Source: a virus
Taxonomy: Duplodnaviria > Caudoviricetes
Virus record (IMG/VR): IMGVR_UViG_3300037150_000108
Coordinates: 1 to 58,737 of that record
DNA length: 58,737 bases
Reading direction: 5' to 3' (one strand)
Shown: piece after piece, positions 1 to 10,294 of the stretch
How positions within the stretch are numbered: position 1 is the first letter of the stretch
How the letters are laid out: every line of letters begins with the position of its first letter
Notes under the pieces: generated by a model
Databases searched by the model: none
What the model was told of the DNA's origin: nothing
What the model saw: the letters and a program-made list of their open reading frames with translations, nothing else
Translations under genes and position numbers: made by a program

Positions 1-1
1 C

Positions 2-415
2 CGCCGCGAGCGCCAGTTGCGCCGGATGTGGCGCCGCGAGTTCAAAGAACTGGGCAGGCCCTACCCAACGATGGCGACGATTGCTTTTGTGGAACTGGAC
101 GCAATACGCCTGCCTGAGTGGGCATATGCCAAAAGAATCAAAGGCTTATCTTGGTCTGACTATTCTATCTGGATGCGTCGGATTCTTGCGCGGCAACTCT
201 TCAGCCAGGACGAGCGGGCCGGGGGGCATCCGAAGATCACATTCAGCCTTATGAGGCCGTGCAAGTTGTGCAAAAGAATCCTCCTCGGAGACGATGCCGA
301 GCGGCGATTCAAGTACGATCTCCTGCCTGCCGGGTGGTGCATCCCATGCGACACGGACTGCAAAGAGGTGGAGCAGAGGCGGAAGAAAGTGCTACGTGTA
401 AAATCGGCTCAGTGA
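2..415 (+). CDS. Hypothetical protein with Cys pairs, probably 5'-truncated
   Basis: Frame is open back to the window edge; CKLC and CIPCDTDC motifs. Confidence 0.5.
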   Translation, partial: RRERQLRRMWRREFKELGRPYPTMATIAFVELDAIRLPEWAYAKRIKGLSWSDYSIWMRRILARQLFSQDERAGGHPKITFSLMRPCKLCKRILLGDDAERRFKYDLLPAGWCIPCDTDCKEVEQRRKKVLRVKSAQ

Positions 416-448
416 CTAAACCAGCAGCGCAACGGAAGGGCAAATCAA

Positions 449-697
449 ATGGCACAGCAGGAACTTAGCTCCTCAGAGATGTACGGCATCGCCAAACGGA
501 TCAACAACGAACTGGAAGTCTTGCCCATGCACACCCATTCGGCCATCTGCGAGATGATCCGGGTCGGCATGCAGCATAGAAACCTGGCCATGCAGGCAGC
601 GGCAAACGCAGAAAACAATGCACGGCAGGAACGGGCGCTGGCGATTCAGGAAAAGATGCGGGCGGGTGCGGCAATCAGTCAGTCTCCGCCGAACTAA
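449..697 (+). CDS. Hypothetical protein (82 aa)
   Basis: ORF with upstream AAGGG; co-oriented and tightly packed with neighbours. Confidence 0.6.
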   Translation: MAQQELSSSEMYGIAKRINNELEVLPMHTHSAICEMIRVGMQHRNLAMQAAANAENNARQERALAIQEKMRAGAAISQSPPN

Positions 698-706
698 GAG
701 GGAACG

Positions 707-2230
707 ATGCGAAGATTGCGTTTCGCCGGCCTGATCGCCGGGTTGCTGGCAACTCTCCCCTGCGGAGCGCAATTCACTTCCCCCTACGTTGGAGTGCAGG
801 GTACGCTCTCTACGTCCTCCGGAACCCCAGCAGCAAATGCCACCATCACCTTCGTCCCCTCTCAGGTCTTTTTCGTAGCCGGAACCTCTGTTGTAGTCTC
901 TGAGGGCCAGTGCGGGACCGACCTCAACGGAGCAGTCGTAGGCATCGGCAACCCCCTTACAGGTCCGCGAGTTACCCCACAGTTCACCGGAACTCTGCCG
1001 GTTGGCAACTACTACATCCAATTCACGTGGTACGATCAGTTCGGCAACCAGACATTGCCATCGCCTGAGGTGGCGGTTCAACTCACCAGCATCGGAGAAC
1101 TTCAGGTTCTCCCGCCCGTTGGAACTGGACCGCCTCAGGCAACCGGCATGAATGTCTACATCGGTGCAACCTCAGGATCTGAGCAGTATCAAGGGCATAC
1201 CACCACAACGACTGCCCAGTACACCCAGGCCGTCCCACTGGTTACCGGAGCCGCCGTCCCCACCTTGAATCTGACTCCATGCCGGGTGGTAGCCAACGAT
1301 GCAGGCTTCCCCACCGGGACTGGATACACGGTAAGCCTCCTCGATTCAAGCGGCAACACGCTATTCAGCTACCCGGAACTGTGGCAGTTCTTCGGTCCCG
1401 GATCGACTTATAACCTGTCGCAGGGCATCCCTTACTATCATGGACAGGTAACTTACCCGATTCCGATTCTCACAATTCCTTATAACCACAATCCTCAGTC
1501 CATCTCGGGCGCCTTGAGCCTGTCCGGTTACAACCTCTACAACGTCGGCGCGGTGGGTGTAGGCACTTCGACGCCGGCCTGGGGCGTGGATGTCGAGGGA
1601 ACAGGCCTCGATGCCCTTATCAACTCTGCAGGCGGGTATCTGGTCAATGGGACGGTTGGAGCTTCAGGAACCTGCCTTGCCTCTGACGGGACGGCCTACG
1701 ACACGCCTGTAACCTGCAACACAGCTTTCTATCAGACCATCCAGTTGAACGGCATCCCGGTAGCGCAGCAGCCCATCCTGAACTTCCTCAGCCCGATCAC
1801 GGTCGTCGCTGCGGGCGGGAAGACGAACATCGGCGTGTCGACCACCGGCTCTGAGTCGGAGGTGGTGACGGCAGCCTCGGCCTCAGCTACTGGCTACTAT
1901 GCGGTTTGGGATGCATATGGCGGACTGACTGGGATCGCTCCAGTGAGCACCGTGATCGCCACGCACATCGTTACCGTAGGCCGGGCACTCGATACCGTTT
2001 ATCACAACACCGGCACGAACCCGATAACCGTAGCGGCGAGTGTCGATTGGGCCTCCACCGGCACAGAGACTGCCTATGTGGACACGGCAAGTTCATGTAC
2101 GACTGCAGTTTCGGCAGTTTCTTCGACTCTGGCATCAGGGTCGCTGACGTTCATCGTGCCGGTCGGGTCGTATTACAAAGTTCACACCGACGTTGCTGGG
2201 ACCATTCAGGAATGGACGGAGTGGTACTAA
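707..2230 (+). CDS. Tail-fibre-like protein with Sec signal peptide
   Basis: N-terminus MRRLRFAGLIAGLLATLPCGA|Q; Ig/FN3-like block (YYIQFTWYDQFGNQT...GMNVY); C-terminal GRALDTVYHNTGTNPITV...FIVPVGSYYKV...WTEWY resembles common phage fibre-tip domains. Confidence 0.65.
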   Translation: MRRLRFAGLIAGLLATLPCGAQFTSPYVGVQGTLSTSSGTPAANATITFVPSQVFFVAGTSVVVSEGQCGTDLNGAVVGIGNPLTGPRVTPQFTGTLPVGNYYIQFTWYDQFGNQTLPSPEVAVQLTSIGELQVLPPVGTGPPQATGMNVYIGATSGSEQYQGHTTTTTAQYTQAVPLVTGAAVPTLNLTPCRVVANDAGFPTGTGYTVSLLDSSGNTLFSYPELWQFFGPGSTYNLSQGIPYYHGQVTYPIPILTIPYNHNPQSISGALSLSGYNLYNVGAVGVGTSTPAWGVDVEGTGLDALINSAGGYLVNGTVGASGTCLASDGTAYDTPVTCNTAFYQTIQLNGIPVAQQPILNFLSPITVVAAGGKTNIGVSTTGSESEVVTAASASATGYYAVWDAYGGLTGIAPVSTVIATHIVTVGRALDTVYHNTGTNPITVAASVDWASTGTETAYVDTASSCTTAVSAVSSTLASGSLTFIVPVGSYYKVHTDVAGTIQEWTEWY

Positions 2231-2291
2231 TCGTGGGCGAAGTAGTTTCGCCTAATCCTCAACCTCTAACCGTTCCACGGAGAAAAAGACA

Positions 2292-3281
2292 ATGCGCAGA
2301 ATCGTAGCGTCAATCGCTTTCTTGCTGGCGTCGTTGACGCCGGTTCTTGCCCAGGGATTCACGCCCGCAGCCAATCCTTCATGGGTGCGAGCAAACGACT
2401 ATGGTCGATGGGCACTGCAGGGGCAGTCAGCTAACACCTATACCTTCCAGGTATCCGGGTTTTCTCCCTGCACCATCACCCAACTCAACTTCGGCAACTC
2501 CTCGACCTTCTATGCGTTCTCGGATGCGGTGGCTCTGGCTCCCGTCCTCATCCAGGACAACAACCAGGCCAACTCCGAAGTTGTCACTCCGGGGAGCTAC
2601 CTTGCGCCCACCGAGACCACCTGCGGGCCGACGCTGGCACCCTCCAACGCGCACACCACGTTCTCTCTGCAGTCGGGCACAGGCGGGTTGCAGGAAGCTC
2701 TGAACGTCCGCGACGGCAAGAGCCCGTCGACGATCATTCTGGATGGCGAGTGGTATAGCGCAATCTCGAACATCTCCCAACAGAACGCGACTCTGAAAAA
2801 CAGCACGACCCCGGCAGACGTCATCGGCACTGCAACCTGCGTGGCAGGCGAGACGGTCATCGACGTAACCACTACGCCGTGGACCTCTTACGGATGCAAC
2901 GCTTCCAGCAAGCTGGTGACGATGACGCCTTCGCCTAAGGTATCGATCGCCGCGGGCGCTGGTGCAGGTACTTCACCGACCATCGCCATTGTGGGCGGAT
3001 CGAGCCAGGGCACCGGAACCGTAACCCTGACCACAGGCACAACACCAACGGCCTCGGCTGCGGTCTTCACCGTTACCTTCCCTCCTCCGGACTACGGTGG
3101 CGGGTTTGTTTATGCGGGGTCCTGCACCGTGACTTCAGTGGGTTCGGCCAATACCTACTCCACTGAGGTTGTCACCTCGACTGCAGGTTCTGCCACAACG
3201 GGCGGAACGCTGGTCTTTACCGCAAGCTCAACTGCTCTGACCGCTTCGGTGGCATACAAGTTCACCTATAGCTGCCACTAA
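2292..3281 (+). CDS. Secreted Thr/Ser/Gly-rich fibre or adhesin-like protein
   Basis: Signal peptide MRRIVASIAFLLASLTPVLA|Q; C-terminal module shared with 3338..6994. Confidence 0.6.
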   Translation: MRRIVASIAFLLASLTPVLAQGFTPAANPSWVRANDYGRWALQGQSANTYTFQVSGFSPCTITQLNFGNSSTFYAFSDAVALAPVLIQDNNQANSEVVTPGSYLAPTETTCGPTLAPSNAHTTFSLQSGTGGLQEALNVRDGKSPSTIILDGEWYSAISNISQQNATLKNSTTPADVIGTATCVAGETVIDVTTTPWTSYGCNASSKLVTMTPSPKVSIAAGAGAGTSPTIAIVGGSSQGTGTVTLTTGTTPTASAAVFTVTFPPPDYGGGFVYAGSCTVTSVGSANTYSTEVVTSTAGSATTGGTLVFTASSTALTASVAYKFTYSCH

Positions 3282-3291
3282 AACCAACAGG

Positions 3292-3322
3292 GCCGGTCTC
3301 CTCAATGGAGGCCGGCTGTTTC
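3292..3322 (+). terminator. Hairpin, possible intrinsic terminator
   Basis: GCCGGTCTCC-tcaat-GGAGGCCGGC followed by TGTTT. Confidence 0.45.
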
Positions 3323-3337
3323 CCTTAGAGGGTGAGC

Positions 3338-6300
3338 ATGCGGAAGCTTCTGGCGTTACTGATTATTGGGTGCGCGTGTGCGATTCATGCACAGGTCATT
3401 GGGCTCGATCCCACGCCGATGGCTGTCTACTACTGGAACATAGGAACAAGCCAGTGGACTGCCTGCTCAAACAGTTCTACCGCCGAACCATTTCAGAGCA
3501 CTCCTCAGGCTTTTGCGCTCGAAGGATTCAACTCTGTCCTTGGCCAATGGACGCCGCAGACCTCGTGCCCAGGCAGCGGATCAGGTTCGGGACTTACCAG
3601 TTTTCAAGGGCGCACCACTGCCGCGGCTGTGCTGCTGCTGTCAGACATCAATACCGTCCTCAAGACTGCTACGAGTTGCAACGTTGCAGGCGGATACACA
3701 TACTCGCCATATTCGAACTCATGCATCCTGAGCGGAGGCGGCTTTACCGCGGGCGGAGATCTGAGCGGGACATCGACCGCGCAGACGGTGATCGGCATCC
3801 AGGGCAAGGCGGTAGTGAATACGGCGCCGACCAATGGGCAGGTGTTGACATGGAATACCGGGCTGAATGAGTACGTGCCGATTATCCCGCCCCTCGCAAC
3901 CTCGTCGACCTTCGGCACGGTCAAGCCTGACAATACGACAGTAACGATCTCCGCAGGCATTCTCTCGGCGGTGGGAGGGGGTGGTGGTTCACCATGCGCC
4001 ACGGCAAACGCGGTGCAGATTTCTACAGGCAGTGCGTTTGGTTGCGACCCGAACATCACCATCAACACCACGATACACACGCTGACCAGTCCTCAGTTAT
4101 ACGGAAACTCCGTCAACCCGGCTTATAACTCGTCTCTCGGCGCGTGGGTTCCCTACTACAATCCCTGCACAAACACACAACTGACAGGTGATACCGGGGG
4201 AGATTACACCTATTCTCAATGTCATAAAACCGTATTCAACGATTACAATCCAGGGTTCAGCTATGGCAATAGCAGCATTACCAGCAACCAAGGATGGAAC
4301 CTGCCTTATGGATATTTTTTAGATGTAAATGAGTTCGGCAATGGGATTACGAATGGAAGTGCAATAAACTATAACGCCAACAAAGAAGGTGACTCGGCAT
4401 TGTCGAATTGGAATATGTGGGCGAAACCTGCATGGATTGAAGCATCAGGAGAAGGTACACAAGCACTGCGCATAACTTTTGCCGAGCAGCCTGAGTATCT
4501 TGGCACAGTAAGCAGTGGAACTGCCGGACAGACGGTGGTCAACCTTACCTGCACATCTCATTGCGCAAACGACCCTAATAATGGCGGCGGGTCTGGAATT
4601 GGATTGAACTCTGATCTGATCGACCTAACCAGCGGACAGAGCGGCACTGGAACTTACGTGGGTGGCGGCGGGACGAGCCCCGCCTACATAACGACCAGCC
4701 TAACCGTTACCAGCTCGATCGAAGGAAGTTTCTCAGCCGCAATCGACGTTCCGCGCACTGTTGGCAACACGACAGGCCAACTTTCAAAGGCGACTATTAC
4801 CACGACGCTGAATGTGACTGGAGCTACGGCGATCACGGTCGGGCAAATTTGTTTTGCATTGGGACCGGAGTATTTTGAGCGGTTCACCCCATCGGCAGTA
4901 GGAAGTTTAGGTGGTGGAACACAATCAGTCACAGCAGTATTTCACTACTCGCACACCAGCGGAACGGTATTCTTTTGTGGAGGTTCAGCAGGTGATGCGT
5001 TAGAGCAAACTGTAACGACTGTTGGCTCTAATCGCTATGTTGAGGATGTCTATGGATCAGAAGCACCACACACGCTCATCATTGGGCATCAGATTCCTAG
5101 CGGAGTGACATCAGTATTTACCGGCTCATCCGTTGCGACCGTTCAATACCATGCAGCCTCGGTGGTTGGAGTTATAAACAGCGGCACCGGAGTACCGGAT
5201 GGGGGCCAGCTCACTGTCGATGCTAATGGTACTTTCGCTTCTGGAGATGCAGTTGAGGATACAAACAACATCGCGGCCATCTACAATCTTCTGGACTTCA
5301 GCGCTGGGGCGAGCACGATCAATAATCCCTATGCACAAAGGCTTGAGAATTCACACTCTTGGGAAGGTTTAGGCGGTGGACTGAACCCCACAACCAATGG
5401 ATTCGAATACTACGACAATACAAACGCATCCAGCAACTATTCCGGGGCCGGGGGCGGGTATATCGCCCCATGGCTATTCGACATCCAAGGCGCAGTTTTG
5501 AACGGCCTGGCGTTCCAATACGCTCCTATCTATGGTGGTGCGACCGCGGTAGGAGCGCAGGCGAACTGCGCTGGTTACATGCTGTGCGTCGCGAGTGGTC
5601 CGATTCCAGGAGCGATATCCACAGTCGAAGGAATCTTCAACGAAGGCGATCAGGCAGGGTCAATAACATATGACCACGCACCTGAAACTTTCACCCTCAG
5701 TCCTAACGTTTATATTCGTGAAGCATTGACGTTAGGAACACCGTCTGTAGATTATGGGTCAATCGTGCTTTCAGGCGCGTTTGTCAACAATCAGTACACG
5801 GGAGGAGGTCCATCTTCACAAGGTGCACTGTTCAACAGTGGAAACGGAATAACTGATCCACATGGAGAAGTAAGACTTCAAGCGTGGAACTATATTAACT
5901 ATCTGCCGACACTAGCTTTTGAAAACACCGCTGGAACGTTACTCAGTAGCATTGGCATGGATGCGGCCGGACATGTTTCGATCAACTCTGCGGCAAGAGG
6001 AGATGCACTGGGGACGCTTGATCTAGCCAATGAAACCGTCACCAATGAAATGGTCACCAAGGAAACGGTCAATGGAACGAATCACTGCGCTAACTTCCAA
6101 GTAGGGACGTCAACAGTATGCACCCCAAGCCCTTACGCGCTGTTCGAGACGGACTTCGTAATTGAAGACCCCACTGGAGCGACCGACCAGCGCCTTGCGG
6201 ATTTCATCAAGACAGGGGGCCACCTGTATGGGCGATTCGTCAACGATGCGACCACTGCAGCTAATGACTGGCTGGACGTGGCCTATGGCTCCGGTTACAC

Positions 6301-6994
6301 GGTTGCTAGTGTGACATTTCCTACGCTTACCGACTCCGCCCTAACTCCAGGCAACTGCGTGCAGGCTAGTACGGGAGGCTTGCTGACCACTACAGGCAGT
6401 CCGTGCGGCTCTGGCGGATCGGGCATCTCCGGCTTGACCGCAGGCTATATCCCTCTCGCGGGATCGGCCACGACCCTGACGGGCAACTCGCACATCGATG
6501 AGGTGACTAATGCAGGATACGACACCATATCCCAGCCAGTGATTGTCACGGGCACAGCTTCTCCCGCATCTGGTAAGGGAATCGTAGGCACGGATGGTAG
6601 CGGCAACGTCACGATATCCAACAATGGGACACCGTTTACGCCTGCCCTAACGCTCGGCGGGGCGCTGAGTTGCAGCAATCTGGCCTTTGGCACGGGAGCG
6701 GGAACTAGCCCAACCTGCACCTCGGTAAATGGCTACGACTCAACCTTCATCGTCAACATAACTACAGGGACGACGCCTGCCGCTAACAGTCCCGTGTTCA
6801 CTGTGACGTTTACGGCAAGCAGGGGCCATGTCAGCGCCTGTGCGATATCTCCGGTGTTTGGGGCGTACTCGACGACGTTGCAGATTCCTAGCACGAATAT
6901 GAGTTCTCCGAGTGCTACCAGCGTTGTGGTAGACAGCTCGGCAACCGCACTGACTGCCGCTACAGGCTACTTTTACACCTTGGTGTGCCCATGA
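3338..6994 (+). CDS. Long tail-fibre or adhesin-like protein with signal peptide (~1218 aa)
   Basis: MRKLLALLIIGCACAIHA|Q; fibre-type repeats (AGGDLSGT, APTNGQVLTWN, ATSSTFGTVKPDNTTVTIS); Gly/Ser/Thr/Cys-rich. Confidence 0.7.
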   Translation: MRKLLALLIIGCACAIHAQVIGLDPTPMAVYYWNIGTSQWTACSNSSTAEPFQSTPQAFALEGFNSVLGQWTPQTSCPGSGSGSGLTSFQGRTTAAAVLLLSDINTVLKTATSCNVAGGYTYSPYSNSCILSGGGFTAGGDLSGTSTAQTVIGIQGKAVVNTAPTNGQVLTWNTGLNEYVPIIPPLATSSTFGTVKPDNTTVTISAGILSAVGGGGGSPCATANAVQISTGSAFGCDPNITINTTIHTLTSPQLYGNSVNPAYNSSLGAWVPYYNPCTNTQLTGDTGGDYTYSQCHKTVFNDYNPGFSYGNSSITSNQGWNLPYGYFLDVNEFGNGITNGSAINYNANKEGDSALSNWNMWAKPAWIEASGEGTQALRITFAEQPEYLGTVSSGTAGQTVVNLTCTSHCANDPNNGGGSGIGLNSDLIDLTSGQSGTGTYVGGGGTSPAYITTSLTVTSSIEGSFSAAIDVPRTVGNTTGQLSKATITTTLNVTGATAITVGQICFALGPEYFERFTPSAVGSLGGGTQSVTAVFHYSHTSGTVFFCGGSAGDALEQTVTTVGSNRYVEDVYGSEAPHTLIIGHQIPSGVTSVFTGSSVATVQYHAASVVGVINSGTGVPDGGQLTVDANGTFASGDAVEDTNNIAAIYNLLDFSAGASTINNPYAQRLENSHSWEGLGGGLNPTTNGFEYYDNTNASSNYSGAGGGYIAPWLFDIQGAVLNGLAFQYAPIYGGATAVGAQANCAGYMLCVASGPIPGAISTVEGIFNEGDQAGSITYDHAPETFTLSPNVYIREALTLGTPSVDYGSIVLSGAFVNNQYTGGGPSSQGALFNSGNGITDPHGEVRLQAWNYINYLPTLAFENTAGTLLSSIGMDAAGHVSINSAARGDALGTLDLANETVTNEMVTKETVNGTNHCANFQVGTSTVCTPSPYALFETDFVIEDPTGATDQRLADFIKTGGHLYGRFVNDATTAANDWLDVAYGSGYTVASVTFPTLTDSALTPGNCVQASTGGLLTTTGSPCGSGGSGISGLTAGYIPLAGSATTLTGNSHIDEVTNAGYDTISQPVIVTGTASPASGKGIVGTDGSGNVTISNNGTPFTPALTLGGALSCSNLAFGTGAGTSPTCTSVNGYDSTFIVNITTGTTPAANSPVFTVTFTASRGHVSACAISPVFGAYSTTLQIPSTNMSSPSATSVVVDSSATALTAATGYFYTLVCP

Positions 6995-7443
6995 GAATAG
7001 TCATCCTGACCATCCTTCTTTTCACTGTGTACGCAGCCACAGCCCAGGCACCATTGAACGCAGTGCTGATTGGGCCTGAGGGCATCACCATCACGGCTAC
7101 GACAGGAACAGCGGTTAGCTATCAGTTCGGGACTGCGGGCAAGTTCAACACGGTCACAGCGCCAAAGTATCCGCTACTAGTGTCCTGCTCCAGTGCGGCT
7201 CCTTGCGCGCTACTGGGCGGAGATCCTGACCCCGGAATTGCAAAGTCGATCTACGCCATCCAGCAGACTACGGCCTACACAGTGACACTGGCGCCAGGCA
7301 CGATGATCCAAGTCCCTGCGCTCCCGAAGCCTCCTTTGACCGTGGTTAGCACTTACATAATCAGCGGGCCTGTGACCTTGACCAATTACAGCGATGGTTC
7401 GTTCATCCTGAGCGGTGCTGGCTTAACGGCGGTGAAGAAATGA
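6991..7443 (+). CDS. Secreted protein with SUEL/galactose-lectin-like motif
   Basis: Signal peptide MRIVILTILLFTVYAATAQA; C..C...GGDPDPGIAK motif; ATGA overlaps at both ends. Confidence 0.5.
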   Translation: MRIVILTILLFTVYAATAQAPLNAVLIGPEGITITATTGTAVSYQFGTAGKFNTVTAPKYPLLVSCSSAAPCALLGGDPDPGIAKSIYAIQQTTAYTVTLAPGTMIQVPALPKPPLTVVSTYIISGPVTLTNYSDGSFILSGAGLTAVKK

Positions 7444-9812
7444 AGAAACTCATTAGACTTGTAATCATTCCATTCGCTCTTGCAGTGCTGTGTGGAACAG
7501 CGTTCGGCACCACCTTCTACATCCGCGGTGATGGCGGCAACCGCATCTCCTCCACTCTTCCCTATGGAATGTGCACAGGCACAACCGACGCAGCTTATCC
7601 CGGAACCACAAACCTCAATTGGCTTCCTGGCCAAGTCTTTTCGACTACAGGATCCTCAACTGCCATCGTAGACGCGAACGGAAATTACGAGTGGGTGACG
7701 ACGGCTGGCACAACCAATGCAACTACGCTACCGACATGGCCGGCGCACGCAGCCGGAGGCTCGCCTACCACCACTGATGGCACAGTGACATGGACTTATC
7801 AAGGGCCGGCTCCTATCGATCAGTCTTGTGGTTGGAGTGATCCTCGCTATGTGTGGACAGATGGCAGCACTGCGGGATCAATGGCAATGGGTGGCGGAGA
7901 CACACTGCTGCTTGAAAACAGTTATCCTTCAGGGCAGACATCCTGGCGCTTCGCCGGCCGAGCTACTGGTGGGACCGGACTAGGCTCTTTGTTCAACGGC
8001 TACCAAGGTGGCGGCGGTGATCCATATACCGACTACAACATCAACTTCCCGGCTGGAACTTCCGGCGCTCACACCAGAATCTTGGGCGCGAATTATGCAA
8101 GTTGCGGAACGGGGCAAAAGACCAATATCTTTGGCGGCTTTGCAGCGCTCGCAGTCATCAACCTTCAACAAACCAGCTACGTTGACGTTCAATGTCTGGA
8201 TATCACCGACCACAGCAGTTGTATTTTATTCGGCAACGCGCAGTTGCCATCATATTGTCAGCATGGTGGATCCCCCTATGACGACTTTGCGGACAACGGA
8301 ATTATGACTGATACCAACGCCAGCACTGGAGGATATCAACTTCCGCACAACATCCTACTGCAAGACCTCAACATCCACGGCCTTCCGGCCTCCGGCATCG
8401 CAGGAGCTATTGGTGGAGCTTTCACGCTGACTCGCATCACCTCAAACCGCAACGGTTTTGCCGGGTGGAATTTCGACTGGACGAGCGATGGTCTCGGGCG
8501 GATTCCGAACAATCCTGCGGCCACAATCAATGCGCAGTACGTGACTATGGACTGGAATGGCTGCAACGAAGAATATCCGATGGTTGATCCTGTCCCGATC
8601 ACCTACTGCTACAGCATCATCAATGGCGGATTTGGTGATGCGTGGAGTGGACAGGATTCAAACCTCGCTTCAATGACCTGTAACCACTGCGAGATGGCTT
8701 GGAACGTGAAAGACGCCTTCTTCGGCCCGCACACGGCGCTTGGCAGCGTCACCATCACCAACTCTACCGCATTCAACAATGGCGGGCAGACGTGGAAAGC
8801 AAATCTCGCCTCTACTGGCCAATTCCTGATGCAGAACACGTTGACCAATGCCAACTGTAGAAGGCTCGCCCAACCAGTCACCGGCACTCCCTCTACATTC
8901 AACACATACATTGATATCAATGATAATTTATGTCGTTCTGACGGTGCTGCTATCTCTCTAGTGTGGCCTATAGCTGGATCATTTGAAATTGATGACAGTA
9001 CCTTCGTCAGCGCAAGTTTGAACGTCGCCCTTGACTTCGGTTGTTGGAATACATTTACCTCTGTCTCGGTCGGTGCGGGCGGAACTGGATATACGGTAGG
9101 CGACGTACTCTATGTTGGTGGGACTCAAGCGACAGTCCAAGTCACATCTACTAGTTCTGGCGGGGTTATTACAGGGCTTACGATTATATCGGGCGGCCAA
9201 GTAACGAACGCTCCGCCGTACACCAATCCATTCACTGAATACTATATCTTCGGCGGCACTGGTAGTGGAGCAGCTGTCACCGTCGTCGCAAATACGCCTG
9301 CGACTTGCAATGGCGGTCCACGCATCCTGCGCAATAATAATTTTATTGGCTATACGAACACCAGCGATTACTACTGGAACGGCTCGCAGATTACTTTTAT
9401 CTGCTACTCGTCGTGCCAAGCACAGCCCGGAACGTCCGACGATACGATGTGGACAACGCGCAGCAACAACAACTTCTACGGCTATGCATCAGGAGTTCAC
9501 GGAGCTTGCACCTATGCGGGCGAGATATGCGGCAGTCCGATTATGACGGACCAACCTTCGCAGACCTGGACCAGCGAGACACAACTTGACCCGTTCACAC
9601 CATCGCTCCCAGCCGCCAGCAATAGCTTCTACCCCAGCAGCGGCAGTCCGCTGATTGGAGCAGGGATTACTTACAGCGGCATCCCTGCGACCGACTACTA
9701 CGGCGTGACTACTACCTCGCCCCCAGTGATCGGTGGGGTGAACTATAGTGGCGGATCTCCGACATCTTTGACGATCGGAGGCGGTGTGGTGCTCAGTGGG
9801 GTGATTATCTAA
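7440..9812 (+). CDS. Secreted right-handed parallel beta-helix (pectin-lyase fold) protein, depolymerase or tailspike-like
   Basis: Signal peptide followed by TTFYIR; Asn/Gly beta-helix repeats; C-terminal PSSGSPLIGAG...TDYYG...IG motif; inserted W..G...PTWP...DGTVTW module. Confidence 0.65.
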   Translation: MKKLIRLVIIPFALAVLCGTAFGTTFYIRGDGGNRISSTLPYGMCTGTTDAAYPGTTNLNWLPGQVFSTTGSSTAIVDANGNYEWVTTAGTTNATTLPTWPAHAAGGSPTTTDGTVTWTYQGPAPIDQSCGWSDPRYVWTDGSTAGSMAMGGGDTLLLENSYPSGQTSWRFAGRATGGTGLGSLFNGYQGGGGDPYTDYNINFPAGTSGAHTRILGANYASCGTGQKTNIFGGFAALAVINLQQTSYVDVQCLDITDHSSCILFGNAQLPSYCQHGGSPYDDFADNGIMTDTNASTGGYQLPHNILLQDLNIHGLPASGIAGAIGGAFTLTRITSNRNGFAGWNFDWTSDGLGRIPNNPAATINAQYVTMDWNGCNEEYPMVDPVPITYCYSIINGGFGDAWSGQDSNLASMTCNHCEMAWNVKDAFFGPHTALGSVTITNSTAFNNGGQTWKANLASTGQFLMQNTLTNANCRRLAQPVTGTPSTFNTYIDINDNLCRSDGAAISLVWPIAGSFEIDDSTFVSASLNVALDFGCWNTFTSVSVGAGGTGYTVGDVLYVGGTQATVQVTSTSSGGVITGLTIISGGQVTNAPPYTNPFTEYYIFGGTGSGAAVTVVANTPATCNGGPRILRNNNFIGYTNTSDYYWNGSQITFICYSSCQAQPGTSDDTMWTTRSNNNFYGYASGVHGACTYAGEICGSPIMTDQPSQTWTSETQLDPFTPSLPAASNSFYPSSGSPLIGAGITYSGIPATDYYGVTTTSPPVIGGVNYSGGSPTSLTIGGGVVLSGVII

Positions 9813-10285
9813 TGAGCTTTACTCAGGAACAAAACGAACAGGCATGCGTCACCTACGGCCCCCAGGTCGGGCCTCTGCCACCTGGAGTCGACGGCACGCG
9901 ATTACTCTGGGCTATTACGGGAGTCGAGTCCTCGCACGGAACCAACTGCACGCCGCGGCATGAGCCTGCCTTCGATGTGGGCGGGGCTTACGGCTCCCAT
10001 GCGCCCATGCCGGCGCTGCTGGCCATCTACGGCTCTCCTGCAGCGGCATCGAGCTACGGACCTTTGCAGGTCATGCTGTGCAACGCCCAGGGACTGTCCC
10101 CGGCAGGCTTCAACGACATCAACGAGGCCTTCCATGCCAGCGTCACATTCCTGAATCAGCAACTTCGGCACTTCCAGCCGAACAGCCTTGCAGAGATTGG
10201 CGAAGTTTGGAACGCGGGACACGTCACTCCAGATCCTGCTTACGTGGCAAAACTGACGGCGCAGTACTCAGTACCCATTCCATAA
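9812..10285 (+). CDS. Endolysin, lysozyme-like or lytic transglycosylase fold
   Basis: LLWAITGVESS (catalytic Glu), RHEP, SSYGPLQVM, WNAG motifs. Confidence 0.75.
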   Translation: MSFTQEQNEQACVTYGPQVGPLPPGVDGTRLLWAITGVESSHGTNCTPRHEPAFDVGGAYGSHAPMPALLAIYGSPAAASSYGPLQVMLCNAQGLSPAGFNDINEAFHASVTFLNQQLRHFQPNSLAEIGEVWNAGHVTPDPAYVAKLTAQYSVPIP

Positions 10286-10294
10286 GGGGGGCGC

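Noticed and set aside
707-9812. Diversity-generating retroelement or invertible fibre cassette
   Set aside because: No reverse transcriptase or invertase, and no near-identical TR/VR DNA repeat noticed; shared C-termini are diverged protein-level similarity
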